This document shows positions 52,861 to 60,956 of a DNA stretch of 64,000 nucleotides, one piece after another. The position numbers were made by a program, and so were the translations under genes. Within the stretch, counting starts at the first letter, position 1. Each line of letters starts with the position of its first letter. Below the pieces are notes generated by a model, which had not been told where the DNA came from, searched no databases, and saw only the letters and a program-made list of their open reading frames with translations. Location of the stretch: NCBI GenBank assembly GCA_963707025.1, contig CAVPOM010000018.1, positions 96,001 to 160,000 of the forward strand, read 5' to 3'. Source of the stretch: an uncultured Verrucomicrobiae bacterium. Lineage in GTDB: Bacteria > Verrucomicrobiota > Verrucomicrobiia > Limisphaerales > Palsa-1400.

Positions 52861-53235
52861 TCAGCCGCCGGTTTTTTGCAGGACCGCCTGGATTGCGTCC
52901 ATTAATTGATGCGTTTCAAAGGGTTTCCAGAGCATGACGCCGTTGACCTTGCGAATAAAATCCTCGATGTCGCGGTTGCCTTTATAGCCGGTGATAAAAA
53001 TGAAGCGCTGGCAAAGGCGCGGTTTGGTGCGTTCGACGGCGCGATAAAACATGTCGCCCGGCAAATTGGGCATCATCATGTCGCAGATGATGGCGGAGAA
53101 ATCCCGGGCGATGATTTGTTTCAAGCCGTCCACGCCGTTGGTGACCGAGACCAATTTGTAACCGTTGCAGGCGAAAAAGGGCGTCAGTTCCTCCGTCAGG
53201 GCCGTTTCATCCTCCAGCATCAGAATGGACTTCAT
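52861..53235 (-). CDS. Single-domain response regulator
   Basis: ILMLEDE, IICDMMMP, FITG, LWKPF. Confidence 0.87.
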   Translation of the reverse strand: MKSILMLEDETALTEELTPFFACNGYKLVSVTNGVDGLKQIIARDFSAIICDMMMPNLPGDMFYRAVERTKPRLCQRFIFITGYKGNRDIEDFIRKVNGVMLWKPFETHQLMDAIQAVLQKTGG

Positions 53236-53304
53236 CAGGCCGGTTTTGTCCGGCGCGCTGGCGGCTTTCTGCGGCGCTGCTGAATAGATTTTCACAATAA
53301 AACT

Positions 53305-53381
53305 TGGTGCGCGCGGCGGGAGTTGAACCCACAACCTGCGGCTTCGGAGGCCGTCACTCTATCCAATTGAGCTACGCGCGC
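53305..53381 (-). tRNA. tRNA-Arg (CCG)
   Basis: GCGCGCGTAGCTCAATTGGATAGAGTGACGGCCTCCGAAGCCG...GTTCAACTCC...GCGCGCACCA. Confidence 0.92.
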
Positions 53382-53490
53382 TGCTGCCCGGGCCTGCCGC
53401 GGCTCGACCAGATCATGGTCGCGGGCCAGGGCCATTCCGGTGCGGCACTGCTCGCAGCAATATGTCCTTTCTTGTCCCGCACGGCAAGAA

Positions 53491-54582
53491 TTAATCCGCC
53501 GTCAGGGCCTTGAGCAAACTATTCAGTTGCTCATCGCTGTGCTGGCTGGAGATGGCGAAGCGAAAATAACCGCCCTCGGGAGCGCCGGGATACTGGATGA
53601 AGGATGGGAAAATCTTGCGCGCCAGCAGGCGTGCGCGCAGCGCGCCGGCTTCCTCCGCGGTGGCAGGATGGAAGGCGATGATCGGCGTTGGGGCGGAGGC
53701 CAGGGGAAAGCCCTGCTCGCGCAGAGCGGTTTTAACGAGCTGGATGTTTCGCTCCAGGCGCTGGCGCAGGCGGGGATCGTTGCGCACCATGTCCAGCGTC
53801 GTGAGCACGGCGGCGGCCAGCGGCAGGGGCAAGGGGGTGCTCCCTGCAAACATGCGGCTGTGCCGCACGATTTTTTCCCGCAGGGGCGGCGCGCCCAAAA
53901 TCGCCCCGCCGTAAACGCCGAAGGCCTTGCTCAGGGAGATGGTCTGGATAATGCGCGCGCGCGAAACGCCGGCGTATTCGGGCGTCCCCCGGCCTTTTTC
54001 GCCCAAAATGCCCGCGCCGTGGGCGTCATCCACCAGGATCAGGCCGCGCGGGGAGAGGATTTGCAAATAGTGGGCCAGGGGCGCGACTTCGCCGCTGTGG
54101 GCGAAAAGGCCGTCGGTCAGGACAATCGGTTTGTCCTGGGCGCCGCCGCGGGCCAGGAGGCGGGCCAGGCCGATGGGATCGCGGTGTGGGAAGGACTGGA
54201 CCCGGCAGCCAAACAGACGGCCGGCATCGTGCAAACTGGGGTGGGCTTTTTCATCTATGAGCACGCGGGAAAAACCGCCTTGCAGCGCCTGGGCGGCAAT
54301 GGCGGCGGCGGCGTAGCCGCTGGAAACCAGAGTCGCCGAGGGCGTGTCAAAGAAAACCGCCAGCGCGGCCTCCAATTGCTCGTAAATCGGGTGATTGCCG
54401 GTCGTCAGGCGGGAGGCGGCCACGTTCAAGCCATATTTTCTCAAGGCCTTCCGCAACGCGAACATGACCCGTCTATGGCTGGAGAGGCGGAAATAATCGC
54501 AGCCTCCGAAATAAGACCAGGGGCGGTTCTTCCAGCGGATGAAGGTGCGGTTGAATTGTTGCAATGGGTCGGGAAAGGCCAT
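53491..54582 (-). CDS. PLP-dependent 8-amino-7-oxononanoate synthase-like aminotransferase (BioF-like)
   Basis: FGGCDYFRL, ASRLTTG, VDDAHGAG, SLSKAFGVYGG. Confidence 0.85.
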   Translation of the reverse strand: MAFPDPLQQFNRTFIRWKNRPWSYFGGCDYFRLSSHRRVMFALRKALRKYGLNVAASRLTTGNHPIYEQLEAALAVFFDTPSATLVSSGYAAAAIAAQALQGGFSRVLIDEKAHPSLHDAGRLFGCRVQSFPHRDPIGLARLLARGGAQDKPIVLTDGLFAHSGEVAPLAHYLQILSPRGLILVDDAHGAGILGEKGRGTPEYAGVSRARIIQTISLSKAFGVYGGAILGAPPLREKIVRHSRMFAGSTPLPLPLAAAVLTTLDMVRNDPRLRQRLERNIQLVKTALREQGFPLASAPTPIIAFHPATAEEAGALRARLLARKIFPSFIQYPGAPEGGYFRFAISSQHSDEQLNSLLKALTAD

Positions 54583-54634
54583 ACGGGAGTGAAAAGTGGA
54601 GAGTGGAGAGTGGAGAGTGAAGAAAGCGCGCGGG

Positions 54635-55169
54635 CTAGAGTTGGGTGGCAAGGATGGCCAGGCCAGGCGCGGGAGACTTTGACGTCGTCGGCGGAAACGC
54701 CGCCGCTGAAGGCGGCGATCAACTGGCCGATTTTTCCCCGGGCGGTGACTCCGCCCTCCCAGCCGTTTTCACCGGTGAGGGGGGCGCGGACTTTGCTGCC
54801 GCTGTCCTTCAAGGTGTCGGCCATCTCGGCGGCTTTGGCGTAGGCAATGCCGAGCAAATTGCTACCCTTGTCCTTGTCGGTCGTGGGGGTTTTCAGGTTG
54901 CCGACGACGACCATTTTTGAGGACCAGGATTGGACGGTGTCGCCGGGGGCAAAGGCGACCAGGGCGACGCCTTTGATGTTGAGTTCCTGGGCGCGTTTGG
55001 ACATGGCCAGAAGAGCTTTGTCGAAAAGTTCTTCCTGCGAACTGCTCGCGCCTGCGGCGTTGCCGGGGGGAGGCGTTTTATCCTGGGCTGGTGAAATTGG
55101 AGTGCTCATGAGCAGGGCAACGGCTGGCAAGGCCAGCAGTCCTCTCAGGAAGTAATTTTTTGGCATCAT
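54635..55169 (-). CDS. Exported GlcG/HbpS-like hypothetical protein (+1 frameshift near 54666)
   Basis: Signal peptide; IAYAKAAEM, AFSGG.S.DD.KVS; removing one base gives RAGLAILATQL*. Confidence 0.6.
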
Positions 55170-55451
55170 GGCTCGTTTTATGGCGACGGTCAATTGATTA
55201 CCGGTTGATGGCCATAGAAGTGGCTTTTTCGTTGGCCGGTGTCACGCAAATTTTTCGGACGGCGGGGCGGGTTCAGGGATTGCGAGCGGCCTTCCTGCCA
55301 TGGAAACCGGAGATGCCGGGGAAAGCGGGGATGGGAGGGATGGGAGGACTGGGACCGATGGGACGAAAAGTTCCCACGCAGGCGATTAGGGCGGTCTGGC
55401 AATGTTCGGGGTTGCGGGCGCGGGCGGCGGAGGGTAGGCTGGGGTTAATTT

Positions 55452-56822
55452 ATGACGCTGACTGAAAAAATCCTGGCCCGCGCGGCGGGAAAAAAATCGG
55501 TGGAAGCCGGGGAGAATGTCTGGGTGCGAGCGGACATTCTCATGACGCATGATGTGTGCGGGCCGGGGACGATTGGGGTTTTTCAACGGGAGTTTGGGGC
55601 GAAAGCAAAGGTGTGGGACCGGCAGAAGGTGGTCATTATCCCGGATCATTATATTTTCACGGCGGATTCGCTGTCGAACCGGAACGTGGATATTTTGCGG
55701 CAGTTCGCGCGGGAACAGGATTTGCCCTATTTTTACGACGTGGTTGAGGAGGGACAGGGGTCCTGGAAGTTTGATCCGGCCAAAGGAATGTTGCAACGGC
55801 AGTATGGAGCCAGTTACGCGGGGGTGTGTCATACGGCGCTGCCGCAGAAGGGGCATACCCGGCCGGGGGAGATTCTTTTTGGGACCGATTCGCATACCTG
55901 CATGGCGGGGGCGTTCAATGAGTTTGCCACGGGCATTGGGAACACGGACGCGGGATTTGTGATGGGGACGGGCAAGCTGTTGTTGAAGGCGCCGGAGACG
56001 ATGCATTTCCGGCTGGAGGGACGGCTGCAACGGGGCGTGATGGCCAAGGACATCATTTTGCATTGCATCGGGCAGATTGGGTTTGACGGGGCGACTTACC
56101 GGGCCATGCAGTTCGACGGAGAGGGAGCCAGGGGCCTGACCATGGACGACCGGATGACGGTGGCGAACATGGCGATTGAGGCGGGAGGGAAGAACGGGAT
56201 TTTTGAGTTTGATGATCAAACCAAGGCGGCGGTGGATAGGCGTTGCCGGCTCAACGGGACCAAGGCGGCTTATGAACCGGTGGAACGGGATGGGGGCGAG
56301 AAGTTTGTCTATGAGATGGTGGTGGACTTGGCCAAGTTGGAGCCGACGGTGGCCTGTCATCCGGACCCTGGAAAACGGCGGCTGGCCAAGGAATTGGGGG
56401 GGATCGAGCTGGACCGGGCTTATGTGGGGTCATGCACGGGCGGAAAGACGAGCGACTTTCTGGAGTTTGCGCGGGTGGTGAGGGGCAGGCGGGTGGTGAT
56501 TGACACCTTCGGGGTGCCGGCCACGCCGGAGATCGTGCAGGATTTGCAGACGGCGCGGTGGGAGGACAAGACGGTGTGGCAAATCCTGGTTGACGCCGGG
56601 GTGCAGATGACGGAGAACGCCGGATGCGCGGCCTGCCTGGGCGGGCCGGTGGACACGTTCGGGCGGATGAACTCGCCGCTGAAATGCATCAGCGCGACGA
56701 ACCGGAATTTCCCGGGGCGGATGGGTCACAAGGAGTCGCAGGTTTTTCTGGCGTCGCCGGTGACCGTGGCGGCGAGCGCGTTGACCGGGCACATCACCGA
56801 CCCGCGCGAGTATATGGGGTAA
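55452..56822 (+). CDS. leuC: 3-isopropylmalate dehydratase/homoaconitase large subunit
   Basis: MTLTEKILA, GTDSHTC, VGSCTGG, CAACLGG, TNRNFPGRMG. Confidence 0.88.
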   Translation: MTLTEKILARAAGKKSVEAGENVWVRADILMTHDVCGPGTIGVFQREFGAKAKVWDRQKVVIIPDHYIFTADSLSNRNVDILRQFAREQDLPYFYDVVEEGQGSWKFDPAKGMLQRQYGASYAGVCHTALPQKGHTRPGEILFGTDSHTCMAGAFNEFATGIGNTDAGFVMGTGKLLLKAPETMHFRLEGRLQRGVMAKDIILHCIGQIGFDGATYRAMQFDGEGARGLTMDDRMTVANMAIEAGGKNGIFEFDDQTKAAVDRRCRLNGTKAAYEPVERDGGEKFVYEMVVDLAKLEPTVACHPDPGKRRLAKELGGIELDRAYVGSCTGGKTSDFLEFARVVRGRRVVIDTFGVPATPEIVQDLQTARWEDKTVWQILVDAGVQMTENAGCAACLGGPVDTFGRMNSPLKCISATNRNFPGRMGHKESQVFLASPVTVAASALTGHITDPREYMG

Positions 56823-56987
56823 GTGAAGTTCTCCATAGGCCTCTGCCTCACAGGAATAGAGGGCACAGGGCGCAAGGGCCAGGCCGGCCGGGCGGTAAAA
56901 AAGGGTGGAAAACGGCTTGAAATGGCCTGAAATGGGGGTTTTGGCAAAAATGAACAAAAAAAGGCCAAAAAAAGGGTCGAAAATCTG

Positions 56988-57015
56988 TTGACATTCTACC
57001 GGCAGGGGGTAATCT
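56988..57015 (+). promoter_or_regulatory. Sigma-70 promoter of the FecR/cyclase operon
   Basis: TTGACA-N16-TAATCT with A-tract-rich upstream region. Confidence 0.6.
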
Positions 57016-57048
57016 CGCACTGTTACAACATTCTAATCCAGAACTGTT

Positions 57049-57849
57049 ATGAAACGAACTAAATCCATTTTAATCTGCGGCTTGGTGTTGGCGCTGACTG
57101 GCTTGACCACTTTGCTCGTGGCGGCGAGCGGCAACAGGGACGCAAAAGCAATCGTCCGCTCCGTCCACGGCTACGTGACCTACCAGGCGCCGGAGGGGGG
57201 GCCCTATCTGCCTCTGAAGGTCAACATGGAATTGGTCCCGCGCACCGTTGTGAAATCCGGCGATGGCGCCGAGGCGTTCCTCCAAGTCAACGGGTCCACT
57301 TCCATGGTAAAGGTGGCGGAAAGAACCACCTTGGTGCTGAGGAAAATGGAGGACTTGGGGGCGGGCGACACTTCCACGGACTTGAAACTGGACGGCGGCT
57401 CGGTTTTGGCCAAAGTAAAGAAGCTCTCCGCCAATTCCGATTATAGAGTGACGGTGCTCAACGGCGTGGCCGGTATTCGGGGCACGGATTACCAGGTGAC
57501 GGCGACTTTTGAGGGGAACGGATCTTGGACGATTGTATTCACCAGCGTGACAGGCCCGATCACTTGCTCCGTAAATCTTCCGGCGGGTCAAAATGGCCAG
57601 GATACACGGACACTGATAGATGGCGAATCATGGACGGTAACGGCAGATGCGCAGGGCCAAACGCTGGTCATTAACCCGCCTGTGACACTGCCTCCGGTGG
57701 TGTATGCCGCGATACTTAAGGCCTTCGAAGGTTTTCCCGCTCCACCCCCACCGTCCCCCCCGACGCCTCCGCTGGTGGGCCCTTACATACCGCCCAACGA
57801 ATCTCCCTCCGAGACTGGTGGCAATGTGCCGCCCCCGCCTATTGATTAA
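57049..57849 (+). CDS. Exported FecR-domain protein
   Basis: Signal peptide; L..GSVL..VKKL, GVAGIRGTDY. Confidence 0.82.
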   Translation: MKRTKSILICGLVLALTGLTTLLVAASGNRDAKAIVRSVHGYVTYQAPEGGPYLPLKVNMELVPRTVVKSGDGAEAFLQVNGSTSMVKVAERTTLVLRKMEDLGAGDTSTDLKLDGGSVLAKVKKLSANSDYRVTVLNGVAGIRGTDYQVTATFEGNGSWTIVFTSVTGPITCSVNLPAGQNGQDTRTLIDGESWTVTADAQGQTLVINPPVTLPPVVYAAILKAFEGFPAPPPPSPPTPPLVGPYIPPNESPSETGGNVPPPPID

Positions 57850-57929
57850 TAGGCTGAGTTGACGGAAGTTTGGATTTTTGGCCCGGAGCAGCCTTGCGTT
57901 GCTCCGGGTCTTTTGTTTTAAATGGGGAT

Positions 57930-60842
57930 GTGCGGCTGCGCTTTCCAAAGATCCCGACTTTGCCCAAACTGGCGGACTTGCCCAAACTTCCTTCCGATCT
58001 GCTCAGTTACAAGGAATGGGATGCAATGCTGAGGGATTGGGAAAGGCTGCTGCCGGGCGGAGGGTCGCCGCAGCAGAGGAAACTGCCGATGGTGCTCATT
58101 ACGGCAGCGGTGGTGACGGTGGTTTGCCTGCTCCAGATCGGCCAGATGGCCGCCTTGCAGAAAGTGGAGGACATGACTTATGACTGGCGGGTCAAGCTGG
58201 CGGGCCGCCTGGCCGGCCCCCATCCCAATGCGGCGACCAATCTGGGCCTGGTGGAAATCACCGATGACACGGTGGACATCGTCAGTGGCGGAACGCTGGG
58301 ATACAGTTCGGGATTGTTGTGGCCGCGCAGCGTTTACGCCAGGGCCTTGCAGGAACTTTCCCTGCAAGGGGCCGGGATGGCGGGGTTTGACGTTGATTTT
58401 AGTTTAAGGCGGCCGGGCGATCCGCCGGTGATCATGGACGGGCGGACAATCGGATCGGACGAATTCTTCGCCGAGACGCTGAAAAGAGCGGGCAACGCCA
58501 TCCTGGCCATGGCGCACAATGTGGCCCCGGCGCAGCTTTTCCAGCAGAGCGCGTCGGACCTGGGCAATATCAATGCCGAACGGGATGAGGACGGGGTATT
58601 GCGACGCGACCGGCCTTATGAAATATACCGGATCTGGGATCCGTTATTTGTCAAACAAATCGCTTTGGAGTGGCATTTGGACCTGGAGGATGTGAAGATC
58701 CAGTTCGACTCCCAGGCGTTCGAGGCGGGGGATATCACCGATTTGCCATCCTTTGCCGCCAAACTGGCCGGCCAGCCCGATGCCGTCTCCAAGTTCTTGA
58801 GGAGGCGGCTGGATAAGGCCACGACCGGGGCGTTGCTGCAATATCAAGGCTCCGGGACGGCGTCGAATGATTTGGCGGGGGGGCTGATCCAGGCGCTGAA
58901 TAAAATCGTGGCCGGCCCCTCCATTTACGAGGATGGCCGTTTTGCGGCAGTGAAGCTGCGCCCGGAAACCCTGCGGCTTTTTGACCGGGATTATGAGGAT
59001 GGCGGAGTGGCCCGGCTCAACCGCTTGCTCCTGGAAGACGCCTATCCGCTGGAATTGGCGAGGAACGAGGCGGCCGCAATCGTTATCGCAACCAAACGGA
59101 AAGACCCGCCCACGGTCACTTATCACCGCGACAAGGACGGCTTTGTGCCCATGTCGGAGATCACAAGCAATGCGCCCGCCAATCAGCCGCTCTTTATCCC
59201 GTTCACCTATACGCGGGTGTGGAGCATGGGAATCGTCCTGGCCGCCAGCGAGTTGAAACTGGACCTGGACAGCCCGGAAATCCAACGCCGGCAGCACCGG
59301 GTGGTTTTGCACGGGGACAAGGGTGTCACCCGGGTGATCCCGTTGGAATCGGACGGCAGCTACTATATAAACTGGGAACTGGGCCGCTCCAACACCCTGA
59401 GCCAGATCACCCGGGTGACAACCAATCATCCGGGTGCAACCAATCAGGTTGTCCTCACCAATCAAATTGTGCTCCGGCCCGGTTTTCAAGCCGGGTCGTT
59501 TGAGGAATTGTTGCTGGAAGCCAAGGCGCGGGCCGAGGGCCAGGCGGTGGACACCGGGCGGTGGAAGAACCGGCTGGTCGTAATCGGCTCGGCCGTGACG
59601 GCGTTCTCCGCGGTGGCGGACCAGGGGAACACGGCGTTGGAAAGCGGGACCAGCCTGGTGCTCAAACATTTGAATGTGGCCAATGCCATGCTGACCAATC
59701 GTTTTGTCACGACCAGTCCGCTGGCGCTGAAATTACTCATGATCCTGGTGATGGGCGTCATTGCCGGGTGGATCACCTCGGCGGTGTCCCGTCCGCTGAC
59801 CGGCACGGCCCTGATGGCCGCGGTGGTGGCGGTTTACGTGGGGCTAGCCTGCTGGCTTTATACCCGGCACCGGTTTTGGCTGCCGGTGATTCTGCCGCTG
59901 GGCTGTTCGGGCCTGGTCACCCACGCCATGGCGCTGACTTACCGGGTGCAGGCCGAGCAGGCGGAGAAGAAGCGGGTGAAGTCGGTTTTTTCCAAGATGC
60001 TGGCGCCGGAGGTGGTGGATGAATTGTTGAAAGCGGCCAAAATTTCCACGGGCGGGGTGCGCCGGGAGATCACGGTTTATTTTGCCGACGTGCGGGGATT
60101 CACGACGCTGACCGACAGAACCCAAACCCAGGCGGTGGAGTACGTCAAGCAACACAAGCTCACCCCGGAACAGGCCGAGGCCTATCACAACCGGGTGGCC
60201 AGGGAAATCCTGGATACGGTGAGCACTTACCTGGGGACCATCGCCGGGGCGATCAAGAAACACCACGGCACGCTGGACAAATACATTGGCGATTGCGCCA
60301 TGGCCTTCTGGGGCGGGCCGCTGCCCAATCCGCGCCATGCCGGCGATGCCGTGCGGTCGGCCATTGACGCGCAGCGGGCCATGCTGGATCTGAACCTGAA
60401 ACGGGACGCCGAGAACAAGAGGATCGCCCGGGATAGCGCGGCCCGCGCCGCGCAGGGATTGCCGCCGGAATCGCCCCTGCCGCTCCTGGCCATGGGCACC
60501 GGGATCAATACGGGGGTGGCGATCATGGGAATGATGGGATCGGATGCCGACGGGCTTAATTACACCGTGTTTGGACGGGAAGTGAACCTGGCCTCCCGGC
60601 TGGAGACCCTGTCGGGTTACGGCAGAATCATCATCTCGCACGCGACCTATCTGGCCTTGCAGCGGGACGACCCCGAGCTGGCGGCGCGGTGCGTGGAACG
60701 GCTGCCGGAGAATCTCAAGGGGTTCCGCGAGGCTGTCAGAAATTACGAAGTGCTCTGGAGGCCGGAGGGCGGGCCGGAGGATCCAACGCAGCAGCAGATG
60801 CCGACGATGTATGGCAGCGGCACAGGCACGTTTTTGCGCTAG
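57930..60842 (+). CDS. CHASE2-domain class III adenylate/guanylate cyclase with a 118-aa insert (58710-59063)
   Basis: WPRSVYA, GFDVDF, DEDGVLRR, LVVIGS, 3 TM, FADVRGFT, DKYIGDCAMAFWG, VNLASRLE; start uncertain. Confidence 0.92.
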   Translation: MRLRFPKIPTLPKLADLPKLPSDLLSYKEWDAMLRDWERLLPGGGSPQQRKLPMVLITAAVVTVVCLLQIGQMAALQKVEDMTYDWRVKLAGRLAGPHPNAATNLGLVEITDDTVDIVSGGTLGYSSGLLWPRSVYARALQELSLQGAGMAGFDVDFSLRRPGDPPVIMDGRTIGSDEFFAETLKRAGNAILAMAHNVAPAQLFQQSASDLGNINAERDEDGVLRRDRPYEIYRIWDPLFVKQIALEWHLDLEDVKIQFDSQAFEAGDITDLPSFAAKLAGQPDAVSKFLRRRLDKATTGALLQYQGSGTASNDLAGGLIQALNKIVAGPSIYEDGRFAAVKLRPETLRLFDRDYEDGGVARLNRLLLEDAYPLELARNEAAAIVIATKRKDPPTVTYHRDKDGFVPMSEITSNAPANQPLFIPFTYTRVWSMGIVLAASELKLDLDSPEIQRRQHRVVLHGDKGVTRVIPLESDGSYYINWELGRSNTLSQITRVTTNHPGATNQVVLTNQIVLRPGFQAGSFEELLLEAKARAEGQAVDTGRWKNRLVVIGSAVTAFSAVADQGNTALESGTSLVLKHLNVANAMLTNRFVTTSPLALKLLMILVMGVIAGWITSAVSRPLTGTALMAAVVAVYVGLACWLYTRHRFWLPVILPLGCSGLVTHAMALTYRVQAEQAEKKRVKSVFSKMLAPEVVDELLKAAKISTGGVRREITVYFADVRGFTTLTDRTQTQAVEYVKQHKLTPEQAEAYHNRVAREILDTVSTYLGTIAGAIKKHHGTLDKYIGDCAMAFWGGPLPNPRHAGDAVRSAIDAQRAMLDLNLKRDAENKRIARDSAARAAQGLPPESPLPLLAMGTGINTGVAIMGMMGSDADGLNYTVFGREVNLASRLETLSGYGRIIISHATYLALQRDDPELAARCVERLPENLKGFREAVRNYEVLWRPEGGPEDPTQQQMPTMYGSGTGTFLR

Positions 60843-60919
60843 GTTTGGGGAATGGATAAGTGATGGTTTGACGCCTCCCATAATCTCAAAAGGATCAGGC
60901 TCCGAAACGGTTGGCAGCC

Positions 60920-60948
60920 TGTAACATTTTGCGGGTATTGCTTCTGAA
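60920..60948 (+). promoter_or_regulatory. Candidate ECF-type promoter upstream of the kinase
   Basis: TGTAAC...CTTCTG just before the ATG; a similar GTCAC...CCGTGTA sits at 47213-47240 before the other ECF gene. Confidence 0.4.
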
Positions 60949-60956
60949 GGGGGTAT

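Noticed and set aside
54595..54619. AGTGGAG heptamer tandem repeat
   Set aside because: Short intergenic simple repeat with no evidence of function; the long ORFs crossing it arise from the nearby frameshift and an over-extended start
58710..59063. Inserted domain as an intein
   Set aside because: No C-terminal His-Asn, no Cys/Ser/Thr at the +1 host position, no TxxH block; it looks helical rather than like the beta-rich HINT fold
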